A stretch of 64,000 bases of DNA from a virus: the IMG/VR virus record IMGVR_UViG_3300027969_002800, positions 32,001 to 96,000 of that record; one strand, written 5' to 3'. The notes under the pieces were generated by a model that ran no database searches, was not told the origin of the DNA, and saw nothing but the letters and a program-made list of their open reading frames with translations. Numbering within the stretch: the stretch's first letter is position 1; every line of letters starts with the position of its first letter. Shown piece after piece: positions 38,862 through 48,577 of the stretch. The translations under genes were made by a program, and so were the position numbers.

Positions 38862-39261
38862 CTATTGTAATGTTATTAGTTATACGATGTTCTATTTCCT
38901 TCTTCATTATTTCTTCCATCCATGGAGCTATTTTACCTCCCATATCTTTAATGATATTATTGATATGATCATTTGACATATCTGCTACTGATTTATATGA
39001 TAGAGGACTTCTACCATCTTTACCTCTATTGCCCCAATGTGCAGCACTTCTATTCATCTGATGATCATCTGATAGATATATAGTGGAACGTGCATCAACT
39101 AATGAAAGATCTTTACCTCCATAGCGTTGATAATCTGTACCACCATCTACCATTGTTTCATTCCAACAATTACATGTTTTGTAATCATGTCTGTTATATG
39201 ATGTAAGCACTTCTCCACATTCTCTACATTGTACTCTATTGAGTATTATCTGTTTCTCCAT
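38854..39261 (-). CDS. Zinc-binding conserved phage protein
   Basis: CRECGEVLTS..RHDYKTCNC..MVDGG. Confidence 0.65.
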   Translation of the reverse strand: MEKQIILNRVQCRECGEVLTSYNRHDYKTCNCWNETMVDGGTDYQRYGGKDLSLVDARSTIYLSDDHQMNRSAAHWGNRGKDGRSPLSYKSVADMSNDHINNIIKDMGGKIAPWMEEIMKKEIEHRITNNITIDD

Positions 39262-39266
39262 AATGA

Positions 39267-39689
39267 TTATCTATCACATTCAACAAATGATTCTGGGTAC
39301 TCTTTTAATGCTTTAAGATATTCTTCTATCCAAGGAACAAAATTATGATACATTCCCCAACCATTTGGGCTATTGAATGTTTCATAATGTTTTGGTCTAG
39401 CTTTCATATCTGATAAACCTTTTTCTATAATAGGAATTATCTCATAAGCTTGTACAGGATTAGCCTCTTCAAACTTATATTGAGCATCATAATCATTTTC
39501 AGGAATATCATACCCTGGTTTCAATTGATAAGGTCTCCATAGTGCTTCATACAATCCAGCAGCGTCAGCCATCTTTCCTAGATTATGTGTAATGTTTGCA
39601 TTATACAAAGATTCTCTTTGTGGTTCTAATGTTTTACCTTCGTCATAAGTGACATGGTAATTTCTATATAATGTTACGTCTAAACTCAT
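39267..39689 (-). CDS. Conserved hypothetical phage protein
   Basis: MSLDV..NITHNLGKMA..NGWGMY. Confidence 0.6.
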   Translation of the reverse strand: MSLDVTLYRNYHVTYDEGKTLEPQRESLYNANITHNLGKMADAAGLYEALWRPYQLKPGYDIPENDYDAQYKFEEANPVQAYEIIPIIEKGLSDMKARPKHYETFNSPNGWGMYHNFVPWIEEYLKALKEYPESFVECDR

Positions 39690-39780
39690 TTGTTTTGTTT
39701 ATTACAGGTTTTACATTTTAGTGTCTCTGGATCAAAGTTTCTCTCTGTCTTACACTTGTCACAATATTGATATAATGTTA

Positions 39781-40164
39781 TCATTTCTTTTTAACTTGTT
39801 TCTCTTTTAATGTTTTCTTATCATGGCATGTTGTACACAAAATCTGTAGATTATCTTGTTCACAGAACAATCTTTCTACAAATCCTGGTAAATCATCTGC
39901 ACAATTAAGACTCCCAGCAGGTAACACGTGATCAACATTAACTTGTTTCTCAGGATACCACTTCTTACACTTCTTACACTGATATTCATACTTCTGGCGT
40001 TTACTAACACCTTTATAATCTCTACGTGCATTTAATTTACATACTGATATAGGCTTCCACCATCTACTCTTTTGTCTCAAAGCACTTCTTATGAAGCTCC
40101 AGAAGGCTGCCTCACTCATTGTACCACTGCATCTTGTCTTTGGGACTAACACTCTCTTCGCCAT
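39781..40164 (-). CDS. HNH endonuclease
   Basis: CKKC..VDHVLP..NLQILCTTCHDKKT. Confidence 0.8.
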   Translation of the reverse strand: MAKRVLVPKTRCSGTMSEAAFWSFIRSALRQKSRWWKPISVCKLNARRDYKGVSKRQKYEYQCKKCKKWYPEKQVNVDHVLPAGSLNCADDLPGFVERLFCEQDNLQILCTTCHDKKTLKEKQVKKK

Positions 40165-40182
40165 ATTATTATAATTAAGTTA

Positions 40183-40211
40183 TGTCGCAAATATAGGATA
40201 AATTTGCGACA
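40183..40211 (-). promoter_or_regulatory. Inverted repeat TGTCGCAAAT-N9-ATTTGCGACA overlapping a TATATTTG -7 box
   Basis: Perfect 10-bp arms; TAnnTTTG on the - strand at 40188-40195. Confidence 0.55.
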
Positions 40212-40229
40212 CAACTGTAATTAATTTTA

Positions 40230-41744
40230 CTACTTAATCGTGTTCACACGATTGGTAATCTTAGCTTTCATTTCACTAAGATTCAATACAATAGCATTGA
40301 TCTCTGCTGCTGATATAGAAGGCATGTTGAACTCATGTTTCTTAGCTTCAGTTGCAAATCCTTCTTTCGCTTTTTCAGCTAAGCTTTCCAATTCACGAAT
40401 AGCATATTGCTCATCCAATTGTAAGAAATCAAAGCTTCTATCATTCATGATTTGATCTGCTTCAGCAACAGTGGTTAACATGAATGGAAGATATTCCCAA
40501 CATCTACCTTTCTCTGTACCAATACCAACCACTTTCATAGGATTATGAAGAGTCATAACTGTAGTATCACCACAAAGAACATAAGGAGCTGTGTATCCTG
40601 CAAAGTGAAGACCTGCTGTAGCACAATCTTGTGTACTCCAGTTACATTCTTCTTTAGGCATGCTTACAACTTGTCCTACACGAATGTCAAATGTTTGAGT
40701 CCAGTTATCAGTGAATCTATTCTCTTCTCTATTAGGAAGATCTAGATAGATTTCTGTAAGTGTACCAATTCTTTGTCCATGGTCTATAGGCCATTCTTCA
40801 TCATAAGTATATTCTTCCACCTCACCTGTTCCATCACATCTTTCACACTCTACCCATTCTCCATCTTCCCAAGATTCTTCATCTTCCCATCCACCATCAC
40901 CTAAACAATCAGGACATGTTGTAGATGTATGAGTTTCTGTTTTAGTTAGGTTGTCTTTATGTACAAGTTTGTATTCTCCTTCTTCTAAGAAGATTGTATA
41001 ATCATCTGGGTTCTTCTTCCACACAGCTTTCACTTTGTTGTAAGCATTACTTACAAAGTATACAAGCTCTGGAGAACCATGGAGTGTTACAACATTTCTA
41101 AGAGCTACAAAGAATCCTTGTTTAGTGATTTTGAAACTATTATCTGTTAAGAATCTGTATAGTTCATTAGCAACCTCAGCTCTTGGATTAAGACAACACC
41201 ACATAAAGAAGTTTTTATGGGCCATGTAATCATCATCATTGTTAAGAGCTTCTTGAATGTCTCCAAATCCTGTATAATAACTCACTCTATCAACTATCTC
41301 AATGAATTTCTCCACAAGCAATTGAGGCATACTTCTAGATGTTCCTGTTAGATAAACAGAATTACCTTCTACAATGAAATCAGGAAGACTAGCAAGTGAT
41401 TCTATTCCTTTCTGTAGAGCTTTGATTCTAGCTGCTTCAGCTTTTGCTTTCTCTACATCAGCTGCAACATCTCTAGAACCTATGATAGCATGTATTTCAT
41501 ATGCATCTTTAGCTTCTATAACAGCATAGTAATCTTCTTCTGTTGCTCCAGGCTTACTTAATACACTTCCATCAACAAGGACCACTGTAAGTGTGTCATT
41601 AGCTATTTGAACTCTAAGATAGGGAGTCACCTTTGGTGTTTCCTCTTCCTGCATTAATTGTTCTAACTTCTCAGCTACCACTTTAGTAATTGCAGATTCT
41701 GCTGTTTGCTTGAACCAGTCAAGACTTAAAAATTTGTTTTCCAT
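40230..41744 (-). CDS. rIIB: rIIB-like protein with an inserted CxxCxGxG zinc finger
   Basis: LNP..ELYRFL..ITKQGFFVA; VGQVVSMP..C..GLH; downstream of rIIA. Confidence 0.75.
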   Translation of the reverse strand: MENKFLSLDWFKQTAESAITKVVAEKLEQLMQEEETPKVTPYLRVQIANDTLTVVLVDGSVLSKPGATEEDYYAVIEAKDAYEIHAIIGSRDVAADVEKAKAEAARIKALQKGIESLASLPDFIVEGNSVYLTGTSRSMPQLLVEKFIEIVDRVSYYTGFGDIQEALNNDDDYMAHKNFFMWCCLNPRAEVANELYRFLTDNSFKITKQGFFVALRNVVTLHGSPELVYFVSNAYNKVKAVWKKNPDDYTIFLEEGEYKLVHKDNLTKTETHTSTTCPDCLGDGGWEDEESWEDGEWVECERCDGTGEVEEYTYDEEWPIDHGQRIGTLTEIYLDLPNREENRFTDNWTQTFDIRVGQVVSMPKEECNWSTQDCATAGLHFAGYTAPYVLCGDTTVMTLHNPMKVVGIGTEKGRCWEYLPFMLTTVAEADQIMNDRSFDFLQLDEQYAIRELESLAEKAKEGFATEAKKHEFNMPSISAAEINAIVLNLSEMKAKITNRVNTIK

Positions 41745-41805
41745 TTTATTTATTTATTTAATTGTTACTTGTTAAAGAGAGGGACACGAATGTCCCTCTG
41801 TTAAA

Positions 41806-44103
41806 TTATACTAATTCTTCTAAACTAGCTTCTGTTAATACTTCATCATTTATTCTAATTTTATAATGCTCAAGATTCACTCTATGTTTGTGATATTTGA
41901 ACAAGTCAGTCATCAAGTTGCACAATGGATCTTCTGCATTATAATAACCCATTCTTGAACACAAAGGATTCAAGAAATACAATTTATCAAGCAAAGCTTT
42001 CATCTCTAGATACTCTGTGTATATTAATGGATCAAACAGATTGTGTTGTTCTGCTACAGATAACATTGATTTAACTAATGCTGGATCACTTGTTACATAA
42101 TTCAAACGCTTATATTGAACTAGCTTCTCTAGTTTATCACCTAAATCTTTAGAAGTGTAAGCAATCATTTTTGCTTTATCAAATACATATCTATTTTTCT
42201 CAATTAGTTCATATACTAGCACTGATGTAATCATTCTTTTGAATGGTGCATTCTTTCCTTCCATAAATTTATCATATGATATTAAATTGTGTATCTCTAG
42301 TTGATTAACTATCTTTAGTTCTCTGTCTGAAAATGTAACCACTTCCATCACTTGCTTTTGCATCATTGCATAAAGAGCATCGAGTTTCAATGAATCTTCA
42401 TGTTTAGCATACACAATCACTTCTTTACGTTTATGTAACTCTTCCAGTTTATACAATTGAGAATCAAACTTACAGTTTCTACCATTGCTATATCTAGCTA
42501 ATGGAACACCTTTCTTACATACAATCTCTCCTTGAATCTTAAGTCTTTTACCACTAGCTACACCAGCTGTACTAACCTTCACTTTCTTTCTACTATCAAT
42601 AAATGATTGTGTTACATAAATTGAATCTAGATCAATGAAGTTTGCTTCAATAAGAGATAGAACATATTGATATTCCTTAATCACTTGTCTCCACTCATGT
42701 CTTTTATACTGATGCAATTGTAATCTGTGGTAGTAGGTATCTGAATCATAGTTGCTAGGTTTACCTAGCTTCATAGGTTTATTTCGTTTAACAAAACATT
42801 GTTGAACATCTGTTCTGCATATAGATTTCATATAGTCTTTCTTCAATTGAGAAATTCTATCTTCATATAAATACACATTAACCTTACCATTACATATGTT
42901 CTCTATGTTATATCCCCAAACATAATGCTTAGTGGCATCCTTCATCTTCTTATCCTTCAATGTGAATTTAAGGACATATGCACTATCTATCATGTGTGAC
43001 TTAGTTCTACCATATACAGAAGGGAAATCTAGTAGAGTTACACCTTTTAGTTCTGGGACAGCTGCTTTAATAGTGGCATATTTAATCAAAGGACTAATAC
43101 TAAGTGTTCTATTATTTACCATTTCAACAAAATGTCCACTCTTTTCCAAGTAATTAATCATAGATTTGATATCATCACTCTTGATTACAGTTTCATTATA
43201 CTTACCAATAAAATAATCTGCTACCTCTGCAAGTTTCTTCTTGATGATGTCTTTAGCTTCCTGTGTATATCTTAATGATTCTCTGTTTGGTGTAGGGAAT
43301 AACCCATCACTTAGTGAAAATCTAAGAGCTATAGGAAACTCAAGTCTGTCTATTCCAAGTTTTTCAAAGTCAAGTGGATAATATACATTGTCCAAACAGA
43401 TGTGTAACTTGTTATCTGTATTCATTTCAGAGAATTGAAAGTGTGTGTGTCTACTAATAACAAAATCATTAGTGATGCTTGAATCTTCTGGTACATCAAA
43501 ATACACACTCTCGAAATAACACAATTGTTCTTTAATCTTTCTTTGGAAGTTATACTTATCACCATACTTAACAGGAATAATAATCTTTACACCATTAGCT
43601 TCTGTTGTTTCTGTTTCATATAAAAGATCAATAGTGTTAGTATCTTCTCCTTCATACATCATATACTTACGTTCCATACCATCTTTTCTACATACAAAAT
43701 AGAAACTACTAGAATATGCTAGAGGGGCCTTGAAACCAAGACCCATCATACCTAATTCTGTAGCACTATTTCTCTTAGTAGACTTACCATACTTACTAAT
43801 GATGTTACGTACATCATCAGCATCTAGGCCTATACCAAAATCTTCTACACAAAACTCATAATTGTTATATGATGCAGCTTTTAGTGAAACTATAATTGGT
43901 GTGTCTACACCAGCTCTTCTATGACTATCTAGAGCATTACTTGCGCATTCTCTAATAGCTGAGCCTATATCATCAGAATATAAATTCTTACTTAACATCT
44001 GCATCAATATCTGTGCAGAATCTAAGTCTAAAGACATACCAATACTTTCTTGTGTTTGTCCTTCTGTTAGGACGTGTGCTTCTGTCTGTTTTTCTAATAT
44101 CAT
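41806..44103 (-). CDS. rIIA: rIIA-like protein (GHKL ATPase N-terminus)
   Basis: LYSD..AIRECASNALDSH, EDFGIG, YGKSTK, GMMGLGFK, PNRESL. Confidence 0.85.
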   Translation of the reverse strand: MILEKQTEAHVLTEGQTQESIGMSLDLDSAQILMQMLSKNLYSDDIGSAIRECASNALDSHRRAGVDTPIIVSLKAASYNNYEFCVEDFGIGLDADDVRNIISKYGKSTKRNSATELGMMGLGFKAPLAYSSSFYFVCRKDGMERKYMMYEGEDTNTIDLLYETETTEANGVKIIIPVKYGDKYNFQRKIKEQLCYFESVYFDVPEDSSITNDFVISRHTHFQFSEMNTDNKLHICLDNVYYPLDFEKLGIDRLEFPIALRFSLSDGLFPTPNRESLRYTQEAKDIIKKKLAEVADYFIGKYNETVIKSDDIKSMINYLEKSGHFVEMVNNRTLSISPLIKYATIKAAVPELKGVTLLDFPSVYGRTKSHMIDSAYVLKFTLKDKKMKDATKHYVWGYNIENICNGKVNVYLYEDRISQLKKDYMKSICRTDVQQCFVKRNKPMKLGKPSNYDSDTYYHRLQLHQYKRHEWRQVIKEYQYVLSLIEANFIDLDSIYVTQSFIDSRKKVKVSTAGVASGKRLKIQGEIVCKKGVPLARYSNGRNCKFDSQLYKLEELHKRKEVIVYAKHEDSLKLDALYAMMQKQVMEVVTFSDRELKIVNQLEIHNLISYDKFMEGKNAPFKRMITSVLVYELIEKNRYVFDKAKMIAYTSKDLGDKLEKLVQYKRLNYVTSDPALVKSMLSVAEQHNLFDPLIYTEYLEMKALLDKLYFLNPLCSRMGYYNAEDPLCNLMTDLFKYHKHRVNLEHYKIRINDEVLTEASLEELV

Positions 44104-44104
44104 G

Positions 44105-44470
44105 TTATATAAATTTAATTTGTTCTAAAATTTGTCTTGATTCTATATATCTATTTAAGTCTTCTGGTTCTGTAAATAAACTTTCTGGGTTTTCTATTTT
44201 CATCACTCTCCATTTCCAATCCATTATATATGATTTTGCTATCCAGCTTTTATCAAACTCTTCTGAATTAGCTTTATCATGATCTCTATATGCTGCATCA
44301 GCTTTTACTCTGTTATACTGATCTAAAGATGACGCAGGCCAATGTGTTTCATAAAATTGTAATGTATTAGTACCTTCTCCACAATACCAACCAAGTGTAA
44401 ATCCACTTGAATAACTAATAGCTATAAAGTCTCCTATTTGGAGATCACCTCCATAATTTACTGTTCTCAT
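44105..44470 (-). CDS. Hypothetical protein
   Basis: Operon packing. Confidence 0.5.
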   Translation of the reverse strand: MRTVNYGGDLQIGDFIAISYSSGFTLGWYCGEGTNTLQFYETHWPASSLDQYNRVKADAAYRDHDKANSEEFDKSWIAKSYIMDWKWRVMKIENPESLFTEPEDLNRYIESRQILEQIKFI

Positions 44471-44811
44471 ATTGTTTCTCTTTTTACTAACCAGATTTGT
44501 TTGAAGTTTAAATCAAACTTCTCAATAGGACTATCCTGTTCAGGAGCTTCTATTTTATATTTTTTAATATCATATGTATAAGGAACACTCCGTTGTAATA
44601 TATGATCAAATTTAGAAGCACTTCTTTGTGTAATATCTACATTAACTTTACATTTTACATTTATGTATCTATCTACAAGTGGTTGCCATTGATAGACTGT
44701 TTTACTTCTTCTAGGAACTTCCACCAATTTTAAATACTTAGGCTGTTGCGTAAGTGTTAAGATTTCATCTCCTATTTCAAGCTCTTCTATGTTTATTAAT
44801 TGATTTTCCAT
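44467..44811 (-). CDS. Hypothetical protein
   Basis: Operon packing. Confidence 0.5.
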   Translation of the reverse strand: MENQLINIEELEIGDEILTLTQQPKYLKLVEVPRRSKTVYQWQPLVDRYINVKCKVNVDITQRSASKFDHILQRSVPYTYDIKKYKIEAPEQDSPIEKFDLNFKQIWLVKRETI

Positions 44812-44814
44812 AAT

Positions 44815-45033
44815 CTATAATGAGTTAAGTAATTCTTCTTTTGTTTTAAATATTTCTCTTTCGTAAAATGTAGGACTGTTCCCATTATACCCTTCAATGG
44901 TATATCTGTCTTGATAAGTCATAATTTTCATTATTTTACCTGGATCAACTTCATAAATAACACATTCTTTTGGTCTATTACCAATCATTATCCATACTGT
45001 ATCTCCTGGATCATATTTTGTTTCTATTTTCAT
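44815..45033 (-). CDS. Hypothetical protein
   Basis: MKIETKYDPGDTVW..IFKTKEELL, a common Bacteroidota-phage ORF type. Confidence 0.55.
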   Translation of the reverse strand: MKIETKYDPGDTVWIMIGNRPKECVIYEVDPGKIMKIMTYQDRYTIEGYNGNSPTFYEREIFKTKEELLNSL

Positions 45034-45042
45034 ATTGTTAAA

Positions 45043-46620
45043 TTAAAAGGGCACATCTATTGGCACCCATTGTACACTAAATCCATTGTTTTCTTCTAAT
45101 AGCACATCCACTTTACTGAACACACCTTCTGTATCCCATTCAGAATGTTTATATGCAGCACTGGCTGGATGACTAAGCTCAAACACATGAGTAAATATCC
45201 CTGTGTATTTTTTATATCTAGCTGCATCCTTACCAAGAAACACAATTGGCACTCCTAAGTGATTTATTATTTCCTCAAACAGATATTTAACAAGTGGTTC
45301 CCATGCATCTAGATGACTTCCTGCTTTGTTAATCTCTGTTGTTAGAGCTGCATTGAACATAAGAACACCCTGATGAGCCAAATGACTAACATCTGGATCT
45401 TTAATAATATCAAAGTTCAATCCATTATAATATTCTCTCTCTATGCCCATATAGAAATGTTCTAATGTAGGCTGTAATTGTTCTGTAATAGAACATCCCA
45501 TTAATACATTTGTTAACTCTAAAGCTCTTTATCCTTAGATTCTGCATCTTTTTTTTTTAGATTATACATGCAGTTCAGACTATATCATCAATTTCTACTC
45601 AATCAGAGGAAATTGTCCTGCGCTCGTGGTGTTTTACCATCTTCAGCATTACCTGTTAAGACTCCTTACACTAGTCGTTGAACCTTCTAATTATTTCTAA
45701 CTAGCTTGGCTGCTGATTGTCTATCTCTAGATTTTCCAGCAATTCACAGGATTTATCATGGACTATTAAATAATTATAAGCTGCTAGTAAAATTTCTTTA
45801 TTGTCTTTAAGGAATCCTAATCCTCTGTTACAGCTATTACATAATAAACCTCTAACCTTGTTTGTTGAATGATCGTGATCTATGCATAAAGTTGTAGCTC
45901 TCATTTTTTCTGTATCAGATATTTTTAATGATTTTTTACATATAGCACAACTTTTATTTTGATTTTCAAACATTTTCATAAATGTTTTTTTATCTAAACC
46001 ATAACTTTTTATTCTAGAAAGTCTAGATTTAGATTTATTACATTTTTTACAAGAGTAATTATTACCTGCACAACTAAACGTAGAAACACAATTATTAAAG
46101 TTAGATAAAGGAAGTTCTAATTTGCAAGTTGGACATATAAAATTACCATTACTAATAGCAATTTTTCTCTTATCTCTAAATAATTCCACTTCAGATTTTT
46201 CTCCCTTACTTACTCTAATATTTCTAGTTATTGATGCTTTTCTACAAGAAATACATGTAGTATAACATTTGTTTTTTATTTTTCCTAAAAACAATTTATT
46301 TTCTTTTTCTACTTTACAACGTGTACATTTTTTCATATACAAATATAATCATTTTAACTGGTTAATCCATCTGCAACAGGCGCATCATTCTTAAGTGTGT
46401 GATATGGACATAAGCCTACCATCACAACCTTTAGTTCATCTAATGGTGTCTCTAAGAAACATCTCCAAACATGCATAGAGAGAGGAGCAACTCGCTTGCC
46501 CCTCTTACTCTCTGCTTTTAGGAATGCATATATCTTATCACACTGCTCACTCTCTATAAATGGACGCATTTTAGCATGCCATGATGGGTGAAACTGATGT
46601 TTAAAATTGCTCCAATTCAT
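45043..46620 (-). CDS. ung: Uracil-DNA glycosylase, intron-split (exon 1 46620-46365, exon 2 45506-45043; 239 aa)
   Basis: Spliced product reads ...LKVVMVGLCPYH..VADG-LLMGCS..QGVLMFNAALT..SH..W..VFLGKDA..HPAS, the family-1 UDG motif order. Exon lengths sum to 720 nt. Confidence 0.85.
45507..46364 (-). mobile_element. Group I intron (858 nt) in the UDG gene, encoding an endonuclease
   Basis: Exon ends in U and intron ends in G. Core sequences TGAATTGCTGGAAA, AATCAGCAGCCAAG, GGTTCAACGACTA and GATATAGTCTG (P7 GACTA/TAGTC) are present. Removal restores the frame. Confidence 0.92.
45701..46342 (-). CDS. Intron-encoded endonuclease VII-type HNH homing endonuclease
   Basis: CAICKK..CIDHDHSTNKVRGLLCNSCNRGLG; C-terminus runs into the intron core; TATATTTG box at 46340-46347. 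Confidence 0.9.
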   Translation of the reverse strand: MYMKKCTRCKVEKENKLFLGKIKNKCYTTCISCRKASITRNIRVSKGEKSEVELFRDKRKIAISNGNFICPTCKLELPLSNFNNCVSTFSCAGNNYSCKKCNKSKSRLSRIKSYGLDKKTFMKMFENQNKSCAICKKSLKISDTEKMRATTLCIDHDHSTNKVRGLLCNSCNRGLGFLKDNKEILLAAYNYLIVHDKSCELLENLEIDNQQPS

Positions 46621-46789
46621 CTTCTTCTATTAATTGTCTAATTGATTCTTTACATAGTTCTATTTCATGTGTAGGAGAACCTCCTTCTTCTATTTCATCT
46701 TGACACAAAGAAACAAAGTCCCATATTTCATCAAACTTATTTGGGTGCTCATTCTTTAATGATCTAGCCCATTGTACTAGCTCTTCCAT
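46601..46789 (-). CDS. Hypothetical protein
   Basis: 62 aa; EIEEGGS motif. Confidence 0.5.
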   Translation of the reverse strand: MEELVQWARSLKNEHPNKFDEIWDFVSLCQDEIEEGGSPTHEIELCKESIRQLIEEDELEQF

Positions 46790-47556
46790 TACGCTACAAA
46801 TAATTCTAATTGGTTACCAGCTGGTATAACTAATTCTTGTTTAGATGTAATAATATCTGCTGCTCCTGTAAAGAAACTATGAGCATCAATATGATTGTTC
46901 ATCCATAAGCTTGGGTGCACTTGTTTCATACTAAATGTTGTAAACTGATAAAGCTCCCATAATGAATTGCTAGCATTGTAATCATGAGTTGGTTTATCCA
47001 ATTCTCTCTTAATGATGTTCAATTGTGTTGATTCAATGAATTGCTCTTCAATGTACATTCTACCAATCAATTCAGCTTGTGCTCTTTTATCAAGATCAAT
47101 AGATTTCATAGCTTCTCTCTCCACTTGCATCTTTATAAATGCTTCTCCTGCTCTCTTGATATATTCTACAATAGCTTGTGGTGTGAATGTTTGTATTTCT
47201 CCTTGGTGTTTCTTTTTGAATGCACCATAATCACCACTAACACATCCATTCTCACAAATGAATATTCTTGTACCAATAGCAAACTTCAGTGATAGAGATT
47301 TATCATAGCTATTCTGCCATCCTATTTGTAATTGCATTTCACTATCTGCCACATTTTTAATTGTGAACTTACCATTAGCAACCCTACCCTCTTTTGCAGA
47401 GGTGTATAGTTCTTGGTCTAGAACAAATCCTGATTGATGTATACTCTCAAGTGTGAGGTCCATCAGTTGTTCATGTGAAACTGGTTTGTAAGTTTTAGTC
47501 TGTTGAGGGATTGGTGCTGCTAGCAACATTCCTCTTGCTGTGTTGTAATTTTCCAT
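46789..47556 (-). CDS. DUF932-like protein
   Basis: YKPVSH..NSYDKS..RIFICENG..H; SLWELYQ. Confidence 0.7.
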   Translation of the reverse strand: MENYNTARGMLLAAPIPQQTKTYKPVSHEQLMDLTLESIHQSGFVLDQELYTSAKEGRVANGKFTIKNVADSEMQLQIGWQNSYDKSLSLKFAIGTRIFICENGCVSGDYGAFKKKHQGEIQTFTPQAIVEYIKRAGEAFIKMQVEREAMKSIDLDKRAQAELIGRMYIEEQFIESTQLNIIKRELDKPTHDYNASNSLWELYQFTTFSMKQVHPSLWMNNHIDAHSFFTGAADIITSKQELVIPAGNQLELFVA

Positions 47557-47738
47557 GTTATTTTATCCTAATGTTAATGATACGTTCCTATGAAAGAACC
47601 TTGTTAATATTCCTTCTAAATTCTCTATTCCTATACATTCCACTGTTCCTAATGTTTCACCATCTTCTGTAGTGGATAACCATTCAATATTCTCTTTAAT
47701 CTCTTCTTCGAGTATTTCTAACTCGTCATCTGTTACTC

Positions 47739-47960
47739 TCATAATGTTTGTTTATAAATTTCTAATAGTTCTTTTCTGTTTCTATACTTATACTTATTAT
47801 ACTCTTTGCCTTCTGATTCAATACACCACTCTGCAAATCCAATAGCAAATTCATCTGCTATTTCTACCATTTTATCTACTGATTCAGAAACTTCTTCTGC
47901 CTCTACTATAGGTTCAGTAGTCCAAATGTACTCATTATATAATTTTTCTTTTAGTGTCAT
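47739..47960 (-). CDS. Hypothetical protein
   Basis: IADEFAIGFAEW..KELLEIYK, a Flavobacterium-phage-type ORF. Confidence 0.55.
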   Translation of the reverse strand: MTLKEKLYNEYIWTTEPIVEAEEVSESVDKMVEIADEFAIGFAEWCIESEGKEYNKYKYRNRKELLEIYKQTL

Positions 47961-47963
47961 AAT

Positions 47964-48362
47964 TTAATATTCTAAAATTCCTGAATCTCTAATTGCTTCA
48001 TAAAGCTCTTTCTTCTGTGGAGGGAATAACACTGTAGCATCAATCAGAGCTTCTAAATATCTCTTTCTGGATGATATATCTAATATGTTATTCACCTTAA
48101 GTGCACTATCTATTCTATTTGATAGTTCCATTATCACTGTAGCTCCTCTTTTGAAATGTTCTGCATCTTCCTCATCTCTCACTTCAATAAGTTTACCTAC
48201 ATAGCCTTCAATGTGTGGAATAGTTTGTTTAAGAGACTGTTTAGCTCTATGTGTAAACAAATTATTCTCATTCATTGTTTCAAATCTCTCTAATAATGCA
48301 ACAGAGAGGGATAAGCTCTCTATCACTATATCATTTAGTTCATCTGATGTTAATTTGCTCAT
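47964..48362 (-). CDS. Hypothetical protein
   Basis: Operon packing. Confidence 0.5.
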   Translation of the reverse strand: MSKLTSDELNDIVIESLSLSVALLERFETMNENNLFTHRAKQSLKQTIPHIEGYVGKLIEVRDEEDAEHFKRGATVIMELSNRIDSALKVNNILDISSRKRYLEALIDATVLFPPQKKELYEAIRDSGILEY

Positions 48363-48577
48363 AATATTTGATATTGTTTAGCAAAATAATCTACAACTTC
48401 TGGTATATGTTTTTTGTAATAAGGTTGATTATCCATACAAAATTCTTTAAGTTGTTGTTTATTAGTTATAGTCTTAAAATGGCTTTCACCACTTACTGCA
48501 ATACTTACTAAATCATCTAATTCGTTTATAAAATCTTTTACTAACCAACCTTCCCAAATGTGTTTTTCTAAATTCAT
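48359..48577 (-). CDS. Hypothetical protein
   Basis: Operon packing. Confidence 0.5.
   Translation of the reverse strand: MNLEKHIWEGWLVKDFINELDDLVSIAVSGESHFKTITNKQQLKEFCMDNQPYYKKHIPEVVDYFAKQYQIL

Noticed and set aside
41779-41800. Strong hairpin between rIIA and rIIB as a novel element
   Set aside because: Single AGAGGGACA-CGAA-TGTCCCTCT stem (TTCG loop on the - strand), adequately explained as a terminator or mRNA-stability hairpin.
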